Source: an uncultured delta proteobacterium (GTDB taxonomy: Bacteria > Myxococcota > Myxococcia > SLRQ01). From it: a stretch of DNA of 64,000 nt. Location: assembly GCA_963727485.1 (NCBI GenBank), contig CAVSGM010000003.1:128001-192000 (forward strand), read 5' to 3'. Shown here in pieces: positions 19,787-27,671 of this stretch. The position numbers and the translations under genes were made by a program. How positions within the stretch are numbered: position 1 is the first letter of the stretch; each line of letters begins with the position of its first letter. The notes beneath the pieces are model-generated. The model saw only the letters and a program-made list of their open reading frames with translations. It was not told the DNA's origin and did no database searches.

Positions 19787-20637
19787 TCCGTTCCGTCCGC
19801 CGGGCCCTGGTCCCGGCCCTGGGCCTCGCCCTGGGCCTCGGCTTCGGTCTCGCCTCGTGCAAGACCGCGCCGCAGGTGAAGGCGCCGGGCACCTTCACCG
19901 TCGAGCCCACGGGCCTCAAGACCACCCACCAGACCCTCTCGAGCTTCACCGTGACCCTCTCGGCGTCGGTGGAGAACCCGGGGAAGGTGCCGCTGACGAT
20001 CACCGGCGCCGACTACACACTCACCGTCGGGGGCAAGGTGCTGCGCACCGGCCACGCGCCCCTGGAGCTGACGGTGGCGCCCACGAGCAGCGGCCAGCTC
20101 TCGTTCCCAGTGGCGGTGGAGTACGCCCTCAAGCTCGAGGAGCTCCAGAAGCTCGCGAGCACCCCCACCATCGATCTCCTCCTCGGCGGGACCATCGACG
20201 GCAAGCTGGGGACGCAGGCGGTCCAGGTGCCCTTCTCCCGGGCCGGGCAGCTTCGCAGCCCCCGGCTGCCGACGGTCAAGCTCGGGACCCCCGACGCCGC
20301 GCGCCAGAGCCTCTCGGAGATCGCCGCCACCTTCCGCCTCCAGGTGGAGAACGACAACCCGTTCCCGGTGAAGCTCGACGGCCTCGACTACGTGCTCACC
20401 GTCCAGGGCGCCGACGTGGCCTCGGGGACCGTCGGCGACCGGACCACCGTGCCGCCCTCGTCGACCCAGACCTGGGAGGTCCCGACGGACCTCACCGAGA
20501 AGACGGTCCCGGGGATGACCAAGGCGATGAAGGAGAACAACGCCCTCGACGATCACCTCAAGGGCGTGTTGCACCTGGGGCCGGTGGACGTGCCGGTGGA
20601 TCTGACCTCGCAGATCACCTTCACCGAGCAGCGGTAG
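19771..20637 (+). CDS. LEA type 2 (WHy) tandem-domain lipoprotein
   Basis: Lipobox LASC; two repeats VENP..L...G.DY.L / VENDNPFPVKLDGLDYVL. Confidence 0.75.
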   Translation: MHRAVIRSVRRALVPALGLALGLGFGLASCKTAPQVKAPGTFTVEPTGLKTTHQTLSSFTVTLSASVENPGKVPLTITGADYTLTVGGKVLRTGHAPLELTVAPTSSGQLSFPVAVEYALKLEELQKLASTPTIDLLLGGTIDGKLGTQAVQVPFSRAGQLRSPRLPTVKLGTPDAARQSLSEIAATFRLQVENDNPFPVKLDGLDYVLTVQGADVASGTVGDRTTVPPSSTQTWEVPTDLTEKTVPGMTKAMKENNALDDHLKGVLHLGPVDVPVDLTSQITFTEQR

Positions 20638-20722
20638 CAGCGGTCGCGCCCCGGGGGCGGCGACCCGCCGGCGAGGTCGGTGAGGTCGGTGACGGTGGGG
20701 GCTTGATTCTCGGGTCGGCTTT

Positions 20723-20758
20723 CAACTAACAATCAAAAAATCATTTGATTGTTAGTTG
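20723..20758. promoter_or_regulatory. Perfect 15-6-15 inverted repeat, ArsR-type operator
   Basis: CAACTAACAATCAAA-aaatca-TTTGATTGTTAGTTG, AT-rich, directly before the ArsR gene; TTGATT -35 at 20703. Confidence 0.8.
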
Positions 20759-20760
20759 GA

Positions 20761-21444
20761 GTGACCGTGCCCAAGACCGAAGTCCGAGACCAGCTCTACG
20801 AGGCCTACGCCCGCATCGGCCAGGCCGCCGGCAGCCCCCGGCGCCTGCGCCTGCTCAACATCCTTGCCCAGGCCGAGAAGACCGTGGAGGCCCTGGCCGA
20901 GGAGACCGGCCAGTCCACCGCCGCGGTGAGCGCCCACCTCAAGGTCCTCCGGGAGGCCCACCTGGTCGCCGGCCGCCGGGAGGGGCGCCACGTGCGCTAC
21001 CGGGTCGCCGACGACACGGTCACCCGGTTCTGGGTCGCCCTCCAGGCCCTCGGCGAGGCGAGGCTCCCCCAGGTCCGGGACACGGTCCACCGCTACTTCT
21101 CCGAGCCCGAGACCCTCGAGCCCTTCGACGCCTGGACCCTCCTCGGCCAGGTGCAGCGTGGCGAGGTCCTCCTCCTCGACCTGCGAAAGGCCGACGAGTA
21201 CGCCGCCGGCCACATCCCCGGCGCCCGCTCCGTCCCCGCCATCGAGCTCGAGTCGCGTCTCGCCGAGCTGCCCACCGATCGCCGGATCGTCGCCTACTGC
21301 CGCGGCCCCTACTGCGTGGTCGCCCTGGAAACCGTCGAGCGCCTCCGGGCGAAGGGCCTGGAGGTGCGGCGCCTCCCCGCGGGGATCGCCGAGTGGCAGG
21401 CCGGCGGCCACGACCTCGAGCGCATCCCCAACCCCCTCACCTGA
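20761..21444 (+). CDS. ArsR/SmtB transcriptional regulator fused to a rhodanese domain
   Basis: HTH (RLRLLNIL..VEALA...VSAHLKVL) plus D.R...EY.AGHIPGA and YCRGPYC. Confidence 0.9.
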   Translation: MTVPKTEVRDQLYEAYARIGQAAGSPRRLRLLNILAQAEKTVEALAEETGQSTAAVSAHLKVLREAHLVAGRREGRHVRYRVADDTVTRFWVALQALGEARLPQVRDTVHRYFSEPETLEPFDAWTLLGQVQRGEVLLLDLRKADEYAAGHIPGARSVPAIELESRLAELPTDRRIVAYCRGPYCVVALETVERLRAKGLEVRRLPAGIAEWQAGGHDLERIPNPLT

Positions 21445-21459
21445 ACCGGAGTCCCCACC

Positions 21460-22413
21460 ATGTCCGCCCCCCTTGACGCCTCCAAGCGCGCCGACGCCCT
21501 CTTCCGGGGCCTGTTCAGCCTCCTCTTCGTGGTCGCCGGGATCGAGCACCTGTTCAACACCCAGAAGGTGGTGGCCAAGCTCGCCCACGCGCCGCTGGCC
21601 TGGCTGGCCACCGACCTCGCCCCGCCGACCTTCCTGGTCGTCGCCGCGGGCGTCACCCTCTTCGTCTTCGGCCTGATGATGCTCCTGGGCTTCCGCACCC
21701 GCCTGGCGGCGGTGGTCCTCATCGCGGTGCTCATCCCCATCACCATCACGGTGCAGGTGGGCAGCGTGAAGACCATCGGGCCCCTGCTCAAGAACGTGGC
21801 GCTCCTCGGCGGCCTCATCCACTTCGCCTCCGTGGGCAGCGGGCCGGTGAGCCTCGACGCCCTCTTCGCCCGCCTCCGGGGCCAGACCCTCGAGGGCGAC
21901 GGCCTCACCCTCTTCGGGCGGTCCGCCGGGGTCGGGGCGCTCGCCGCCGGGGCGCTGGCCCTGATCCTCGGGGTCGTCGTGGCCTCCATGGGCTGCCCCC
22001 GGGCCGCCGCGGCGGAGGAGGGGCACAAGGCGTGCGCCGCCCCCAAGCGCGCCGCCCTCGGCGCCCCGGTGGAGAAGGCCGAAGGCGTCGCCTTCCTGGT
22101 CCGCGACGTGTCCACCCTCAAGGCGAGCCTCGGCACCGCCGGCCAGATGCTCCACGGCCAGGGCTTCCCCGTCGCCCACGCCGAGGTGGTGGTCTGCGGG
22201 AAGCTGGTCCAGCAGCTGGTCATGGGCTCCGACCTCGAGCCCGCCATCGAGCGGGCGAGCCAGGGCGGGGTGAAGGTCGTGGCCTGCGGGCTCTCGCTCG
22301 CCCACATGCACGTGGACCCCCGGAGCCTCTCGACCTACGTCTCCACCGTCCCCAACGGCCTGGTGGAGATGGTCCGCCTCGAGGCGAAGGGCTGGCAGGC
22401 GGTGTCGCTCTAG
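21460..22413 (+). CDS. DoxX membrane domain fused to a DsrE-like domain
   Basis: LLG.RTRLAA..L, LKNVALLGGL (DoxX); VVCG, VACGLSL, VPNGLVE...L...GW (DsrE). Confidence 0.72.
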   Translation: MSAPLDASKRADALFRGLFSLLFVVAGIEHLFNTQKVVAKLAHAPLAWLATDLAPPTFLVVAAGVTLFVFGLMMLLGFRTRLAAVVLIAVLIPITITVQVGSVKTIGPLLKNVALLGGLIHFASVGSGPVSLDALFARLRGQTLEGDGLTLFGRSAGVGALAAGALALILGVVVASMGCPRAAAAEEGHKACAAPKRAALGAPVEKAEGVAFLVRDVSTLKASLGTAGQMLHGQGFPVAHAEVVVCGKLVQQLVMGSDLEPAIERASQGGVKVVACGLSLAHMHVDPRSLSTYVSTVPNGLVEMVRLEAKGWQAVSL

Positions 22414-22435
22414 CGGCAGCCGGGGCCCGGGCCCG

Positions 22436-23341
22436 CTACCCCTTCCCGCGGGTCCGGGTCTTCCCCGGCTCGGCGGTCTTCTCCACGAACTCGATCATCT
22501 TCCCGGCGATGTCCTTGCCGGTGGTGGTCTCGATCCCCTCGAGGCCGGGCGAGGCGTTCACCTCCATGACCACCGGCCCGTGGTGCGACCGGAGGATGTC
22601 CACGCCGGCGACGTTGAGCCCCAGGATCCGCGCCGCGCGCACCGCCGTCGACCGCTCCTCGGGGGTGATCTTCACGGTCTCGGCCTGGCCGCCCCGGTGG
22701 AGGTTGGAGCGGAACTCGCCGGCCTTCGCCGTCCGGCGCATGGAGGCGACGACCTTGTCCCCGATGACGAAGAGGCGCAGGTCCGAGCCCTTGGCCTCCT
22801 TGATGAACTCCTGGACGATGATGTTGGCGTTGAGGCCCATGAACGCCTCGATGACGCTCTCGGCGGCCTGGGAGGTCTCGGCGAGGACCACGCCGATGCC
22901 CTGGGTGCCCTCGAGGAGCTTGATCACCGACGGCGCCCCGCCCACGAACTGCAGCAGGTCCCCGACGTCGTCGGGGGAGCGGGCGAAGCCGGTGACCGGC
23001 ATCCCGATGCCCTTGCGCGCCAGCAGCTGGAGGCTCCGGAGCTTGTCCCGGGCCCGGCTGATGGCCACCGACTCGTTGAGGCAGAAGACGCCCATCATCT
23101 CGAACTGCCGCACCACCGCGGCGCCGTAGAAGGTCACCGAGGCGCCGATCCGGGGGATGACGGCGTCGAAGCCCTCGAGCTTGCGCCCCCGGTAGTGCAC
23201 CGAGGGGTTGTGGGCGGAGATGTTCATGTAGCAGCGCAGGGTGTCGATGACCTCCGCCTCGTGGCCCCGGGCCTCGCAGGCCTCCACCAGCCGGCGGGTG
23301 GAGTAGAGCTTTCGGTTGCGGGACAGGATGGCGATCTTCAT
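22436..23341 (-). CDS. rimK: Ribosomal protein S6 glutamate ligase
   Basis: [48 protein letters not shown]. Confidence 0.96.
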   Translation of the reverse strand: MKIAILSRNRKLYSTRRLVEACEARGHEAEVIDTLRCYMNISAHNPSVHYRGRKLEGFDAVIPRIGASVTFYGAAVVRQFEMMGVFCLNESVAISRARDKLRSLQLLARKGIGMPVTGFARSPDDVGDLLQFVGGAPSVIKLLEGTQGIGVVLAETSQAAESVIEAFMGLNANIIVQEFIKEAKGSDLRLFVIGDKVVASMRRTAKAGEFRSNLHRGGQAETVKITPEERSTAVRAARILGLNVAGVDILRSHHGPVVMEVNASPGLEGIETTTGKDIAGKMIEFVEKTAEPGKTRTRGKG

Positions 23342-23410
23342 GGCGCGTCCTCCGGAGAACGGGCGGAGCGGGCCTCGGCAGAGCGGGCCGGGGCCGGGGC
23401 CGTGCGGGCG

Positions 23411-23885
23411 TTACGAGTGGGCGCCCGATCGCCGGCGCGGGCCGTAGGCGCGGCGGAGCGTCCGGCCGGTGAGGTAGGACGCGCCGGGGTCGACGAGCAT
23501 CCGTCCGGCGAGGGCGGTGCGACCTAGTAGCATCCGGAAGCGCATGGTGTCACGAGCCGTCAGCGGAGATCTCCACCGGCACCGCGAGGTCGCCGACCAC
23601 CACCTCGGTGGCCAGGATCGGCCGGCGCTCCCGGTGCCCCCCGGAGTCGCTGACCACCCGCTCGTCGGCCACCGGGGCGGCGCACACCAGCTCCACGTCC
23701 GAGCGCCGCTGCAGGGGGTGGAGGCGAAAGCGCACCCAGGGCGCGCCCCGGTCGAGGTAGCGCTCCACGGCGAAGGCGTGCAGCGCGCTGGTCCGCGCCC
23801 CGGTGTCGATCTTCGCCTTCACCGCCGGGATCCCGAGCCCCGGGAGGGCGACCCACTCGCGCCAGCCGACGGTCAGCACGCTCAC
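23411..23885 (-). CDS. RimK-associated retropepsin-like protease (RimB-like); frameshift at about 23565
   Basis: [26 protein letters not shown], repaired C-terminus [20 protein letters not shown] overlap with glmS stop. Confidence 0.85.
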
Positions 23886-25714
23886 TCGACGGTGACGCTC
23901 TTGGCGAGGTTTCTGGGCTGGTCCACGTCGGTGCCGTGGTGGTCGGCGACGTGGTAGGCGAGCAGCTGCAGGGGCACCACCGCCAGGAGCGGCTCGGTGA
24001 GCGCCGACGACTCGGGGATCCAGAGCACGTCGTGGGCCAGCCGCCCGATCTCCGCGTCCCCCTCGGTGGCGATGGCGATCACCCGCCCGCCCCGGGCCCG
24101 CGCCTCCTCGAGGTTCCCCAGGACCTTCTCGTAGGCCGAGTGCCTGGTGGCCACCACCACCACCGGCAGCCCCTGGTCGATGAGGGCGATGGGCCCGTGC
24201 TTCATCTCGCCGGCGGGGTAGCCTTCGGCGTGGAGGTAGGAGATCTCCTTGAGCTTGAGGGCCCCCTCGAGGGCGATGGGGAAGGCGATGCCCCGGCCCA
24301 GGAAGAGGAAGTCCCGGGCGGAGGCGACGTCCCGGGCGAGCTCGGCGATGTGCGCCTCGTCCTCGAGGAGGTGCTCTACCTGCCGGGGCACCGCCGCCAG
24401 TGCCTCGAGGTGGGCCCGGCCCTGGGCGGCGTCCACCGTCCCCCGGAGCCGCCCGAGGCGAAGCGCCACCAGGTAGAGGGCGGCGAGCTGGGTGGTGAAC
24501 GCCTTGGTGGAGGCGACGCCGATCTCGGGGCCGGCGTGGGTGTAGAGGACGTCGTCGGCCTCCCGGGCGATGGCCGAGCCCAAAACGTTGACGATGGCGA
24601 AGGTACGGGCGCCGAGGCGCTTGGCCTCGCGCATCGCCGCCAGGGTGTCGGCGGTCTCGCCGGACTGGGAGATGGCGAGCACCAGGGTCCTCTCGTCGAT
24701 GACCGGCTGCCGGTAGCGGAACTCGCTGGCGTAGTCGACCTCCACCGGGACCCGGGCGAGCTGCTCCACCAGGAACTTGCCCACCAGCCCCGCGTGCCAG
24801 CTGGTCCCACAGGCGACGATCACCACCCGGGAGATCGCCTCGGCGTCGGCGCGGGAGAGCTTCACCTCGTCGAGGACCACCTCGCCGTGCTCCGGTCGCA
24901 TCCGGGTGCGCAGGGTGTCGGCGATGGCCCGGGGCTGCTCGTGGATCTCCTTGTGCATGAAGTGCTTGTGGCCGTTCTTCTCGGCCATCACCGGGGACCA
25001 GTCGATGCGCGTGGTCTCGCGGGAGACCGGGGTCCCGTCGAAGCGGATGATCCGCGCACCGTCCCGGCGCACCGTGGCGATCTCGCCCTCCTCGAGGAAG
25101 ATCACCTCCCGGGTCCAGGGCAAGAGCGCCGGGACGTCCGAGGCCACGTGCCACGCCCCCTCGCCCCGGCCGAGGACCAGCGGCGAGGCGTTCTTGGCCA
25201 CCACGATCTCGTCGGGGTGATCCGCGTGCATCACCACCAGGGCGTAGGTGCCCTTCACCCGGGCCCGGGCCGCGCGCACCGCCTCGGTGAGGTCGCCGCC
25301 GCTCTCGTCGAGGGCGTCGGCCACCAGGTGGGCGAAGATCTCGGTGTCGGTCTCGCTGACGAAGACGTGGCCCGCGGACTCGAGCTCCCGGCGCAGGGCC
25401 AGGTGGTTCTCGATGATCCCGTTGTGGACCACCGCCACGTCCCGGTACCGGTGGGGGTGGGCGTTCTTCTCGCTCGGGGGCCCGTGGGTCGCCCACCGGG
25501 TGTGGCCGATGCCCAGGTGGCCCGGGGTCGGGTGCGCGGCGAGGGCCGTCACCAGCCCGGCGAGCTTCCCCTCGCAGCGCACGATGTCCAGGCCGCCGTC
25601 CCCGAGGACCGCGACCCCCGCCGAGTCGTAGCCCCGGTACTCGAGGCGCCGCAGGCCCTCGACCAGGATCGGCGCCGCTTCCTCGGGGCCCACGTAACCA
25701 ACGATGCCGCACAT
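23882..25714 (-). CDS. glmS: Glutamine--fructose-6-phosphate transaminase
   Basis: [45 protein letters not shown]. Confidence 0.98.
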   Translation of the reverse strand: MCGIVGYVGPEEAAPILVEGLRRLEYRGYDSAGVAVLGDGGLDIVRCEGKLAGLVTALAAHPTPGHLGIGHTRWATHGPPSEKNAHPHRYRDVAVVHNGIIENHLALRRELESAGHVFVSETDTEIFAHLVADALDESGGDLTEAVRAARARVKGTYALVVMHADHPDEIVVAKNASPLVLGRGEGAWHVASDVPALLPWTREVIFLEEGEIATVRRDGARIIRFDGTPVSRETTRIDWSPVMAEKNGHKHFMHKEIHEQPRAIADTLRTRMRPEHGEVVLDEVKLSRADAEAISRVVIVACGTSWHAGLVGKFLVEQLARVPVEVDYASEFRYRQPVIDERTLVLAISQSGETADTLAAMREAKRLGARTFAIVNVLGSAIAREADDVLYTHAGPEIGVASTKAFTTQLAALYLVALRLGRLRGTVDAAQGRAHLEALAAVPRQVEHLLEDEAHIAELARDVASARDFLFLGRGIAFPIALEGALKLKEISYLHAEGYPAGEMKHGPIALIDQGLPVVVVATRHSAYEKVLGNLEEARARGGRVIAIATEGDAEIGRLAHDVLWIPESSALTEPLLAVVPLQLLAYHVADHHGTDVDQPRNLAKSVTVE

Positions 25715-25806
25715 GTCCTAAACCTCTACACCGGGTTCGCCGGCGCACCCAAGAGCCGGTCGCGATCGCCGCCGGGCCACCGGGCACGGTCCCCAGGGGG
25801 CCGGCC

Positions 25807-27165
25807 CTATTTCCGCTTCCTGCCCCGGGGCTTCCTGGGCGCCCGGCGCGCCACCCAGCCCTCGAGGTTCTTCTGGGGCCCCCGGGCCACCGCCAGGGCC
25901 CCGGCGGGGACGTCCTTGGTCAGGGTGGACCCGGCGCCCACGTAGGCCCCGTCGCCGACGGTGATGGGCGCCACCAGGGCGGTGTTCGAGCCGATGAAGC
26001 ACCCGGCGCCGAGGGTGGTCTGGTGCTTGGCGGCGCCGTCGTAGTTGCAGGTGATGGTCCCGGCGCCGACGTTGGTCCCGGCGCCCACCTCCGCGTCGCC
26101 GAGGTAGGAGAGGTGGTTGGCCTTGGCGCCCCGGCCCAGGTGGGCCTTCTTGGTCTCCACGAAGTTCCCCAGGTGCACCTCGCCCTCGAGGACCGACCCG
26201 GGCCGCACCCGGGCGAAGGGCCCGACCCGGCACCCGTCGCCGATGACCCCGTCCTCCACATGCGACCAGGGCAGGAGGGTCACGCCCCGGCCCACCCGGG
26301 TCTCGCCCAGGAGGTGGCAGCCGGCGCCGATGACCGTGTCCCGGCCAATCGCCACGCCCTCGTCGACGTAGGTGTTCGCCGGATCCTCGAAGCTCACCCC
26401 GCCGACCATCAGCGCCTCGTTGATCCGCCGGCGCATCAGTGTGGCCGCCCGGGCGAGCTCCACCCGGTCGTTGACCCCGGCGACCTCGCTGGGATCGGCG
26501 ACCGGCACCGCCTTCACCGTGAGCCCCCGGGCCACCGCCACCGCCACCACGTCGGTGAGGTAGAGCTCCCCCTGGGCGTTGTCGGCCCTCAGGTTTCCGA
26601 GGGCCGCCTCGAGAATCTTGCGGTCGACGTCGTAGATCCCGGCGTTGATCTCCCCGAGGCGCCGCTCGGCCGGGGTGCAGTCCCGGTGCTCCACGATCCG
26701 CACCACCCGCCCGTGGCCGTCGCGGACGATGCGCCCGAGGCCCGTGGGGTCGGCGGGCTCGGTGGTGAGCAGCGCCACCGCCGCCTTGGCCCCGGCGCGC
26801 ACCAGGCGCTGGAAGGTGGCCCGGGTGAGCAGGGGCACGTCGCCGTAGAGGATGCGCACCCGCTTGGCCCGGCCCACCTCGGGGAGGGCGCAGCGCACCG
26901 CGTCGCCGGTGCCCCGCTGGTCGCGCTGGGTGACGAAGCGCAGGGGCGCCCCGGGGAAGGCGGCCTCGAGGGCCGCGCGCACCGCCTCGCCCTGGTGGCC
27001 GACGACGACCACCACCCGGCGGCTGCCGGCGTCGAGGGCCCGGCGCACCGGGTAGAAGGCCAGCGGCCGGCCGCAGAGGGGGTGGAGGACCTTGGCGGTG
27101 GCGGAGCGCATCCGGGTGCCCTTGCCCGCCGCGAGGATCACCGCTGCATCGGGAGTCGAAGCCAT
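25807..27165 (-). CDS. glmU: Bifunctional UDP-GlcNAc pyrophosphorylase / glucosamine-1-P acetyltransferase
   Basis: ILAAGKGTRMRS..KVLH, GTGDAV, GNFVETK, HLSYLGDA, CNYDG. Confidence 0.96.
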   Translation of the reverse strand: MASTPDAAVILAAGKGTRMRSATAKVLHPLCGRPLAFYPVRRALDAGSRRVVVVVGHQGEAVRAALEAAFPGAPLRFVTQRDQRGTGDAVRCALPEVGRAKRVRILYGDVPLLTRATFQRLVRAGAKAAVALLTTEPADPTGLGRIVRDGHGRVVRIVEHRDCTPAERRLGEINAGIYDVDRKILEAALGNLRADNAQGELYLTDVVAVAVARGLTVKAVPVADPSEVAGVNDRVELARAATLMRRRINEALMVGGVSFEDPANTYVDEGVAIGRDTVIGAGCHLLGETRVGRGVTLLPWSHVEDGVIGDGCRVGPFARVRPGSVLEGEVHLGNFVETKKAHLGRGAKANHLSYLGDAEVGAGTNVGAGTITCNYDGAAKHQTTLGAGCFIGSNTALVAPITVGDGAYVGAGSTLTKDVPAGALAVARGPQKNLEGWVARRAPRKPRGRKRK

Positions 27166-27231
27166 GGGGGGCATCTACCGGGGCCGCCGTCGGGATTCAA
27201 GCGGGGCCGGCGCCTTGGCCCCGCGCGGGCG

Positions 27232-27564
27232 TCAGTGCCGGGTGGCGACGAAGGCCTGGATCCGCGCCCGGTCCCCGGGGGCGATGTCCACGAACCGGAC
27301 CCCCATGGCGGGCTTCGGACCCGGGCGCGACCACACCACCTTGCCCACCACCGTGAACGGCCGGCCGCTGCCGGGGCCGAGGCGGAGGGTGACGAAGCGG
27401 CCCGTGGCCAGGGGGGCGTCGGTCGAGAGGGACACGCCCCCGCCGCCGATCTCCCCGGCGGTCACCTGGCGTCGGCTGCGGTCCCGGTCGAAGAGCTCGA
27501 CCAGGCCGGACCAGGCGGTGCGAGGGAAGCGGCGGGTCTCCGGGGCTCGGTCGTCGTGGCGCAT
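27232..27564 (-). CDS. PilZ domain protein
   Basis: RRFPR, EIGGGG, GKVVW, MGVRF pattern. Confidence 0.75.
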   Translation of the reverse strand: MRHDDRAPETRRFPRTAWSGLVELFDRDRSRRQVTAGEIGGGGVSLSTDAPLATGRFVTLRLGPGSGRPFTVVGKVVWSRPGPKPAMGVRFVDIAPGDRARIQAFVATRH

Positions 27565-27577
27565 GGTGGAAGCAACT

Positions 27578-27594
27578 AGCAGGCCCCATGCCAG
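27578..27594 (-). promoter_or_regulatory. Sigma-54 promoter candidate
   Basis: CTGGCATGGGGCCTGCT, GG-N10-GC, just upstream of the PilZ ATG. Confidence 0.55.
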
Positions 27595-27671
27595 CTTCCC
27601 GGGGAGGCACCGAACCCAGGCGGGGATCCCCGGATGTCGGGGGGTTGGGGCGCCCGTCGCCCGGGAGTGGC

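Noticed and set aside
25715..25806. glmS ribozyme upstream of glmS
   Set aside because: Spacer is only about 90 nt and lacks the AGCGCC and GACGAGG core
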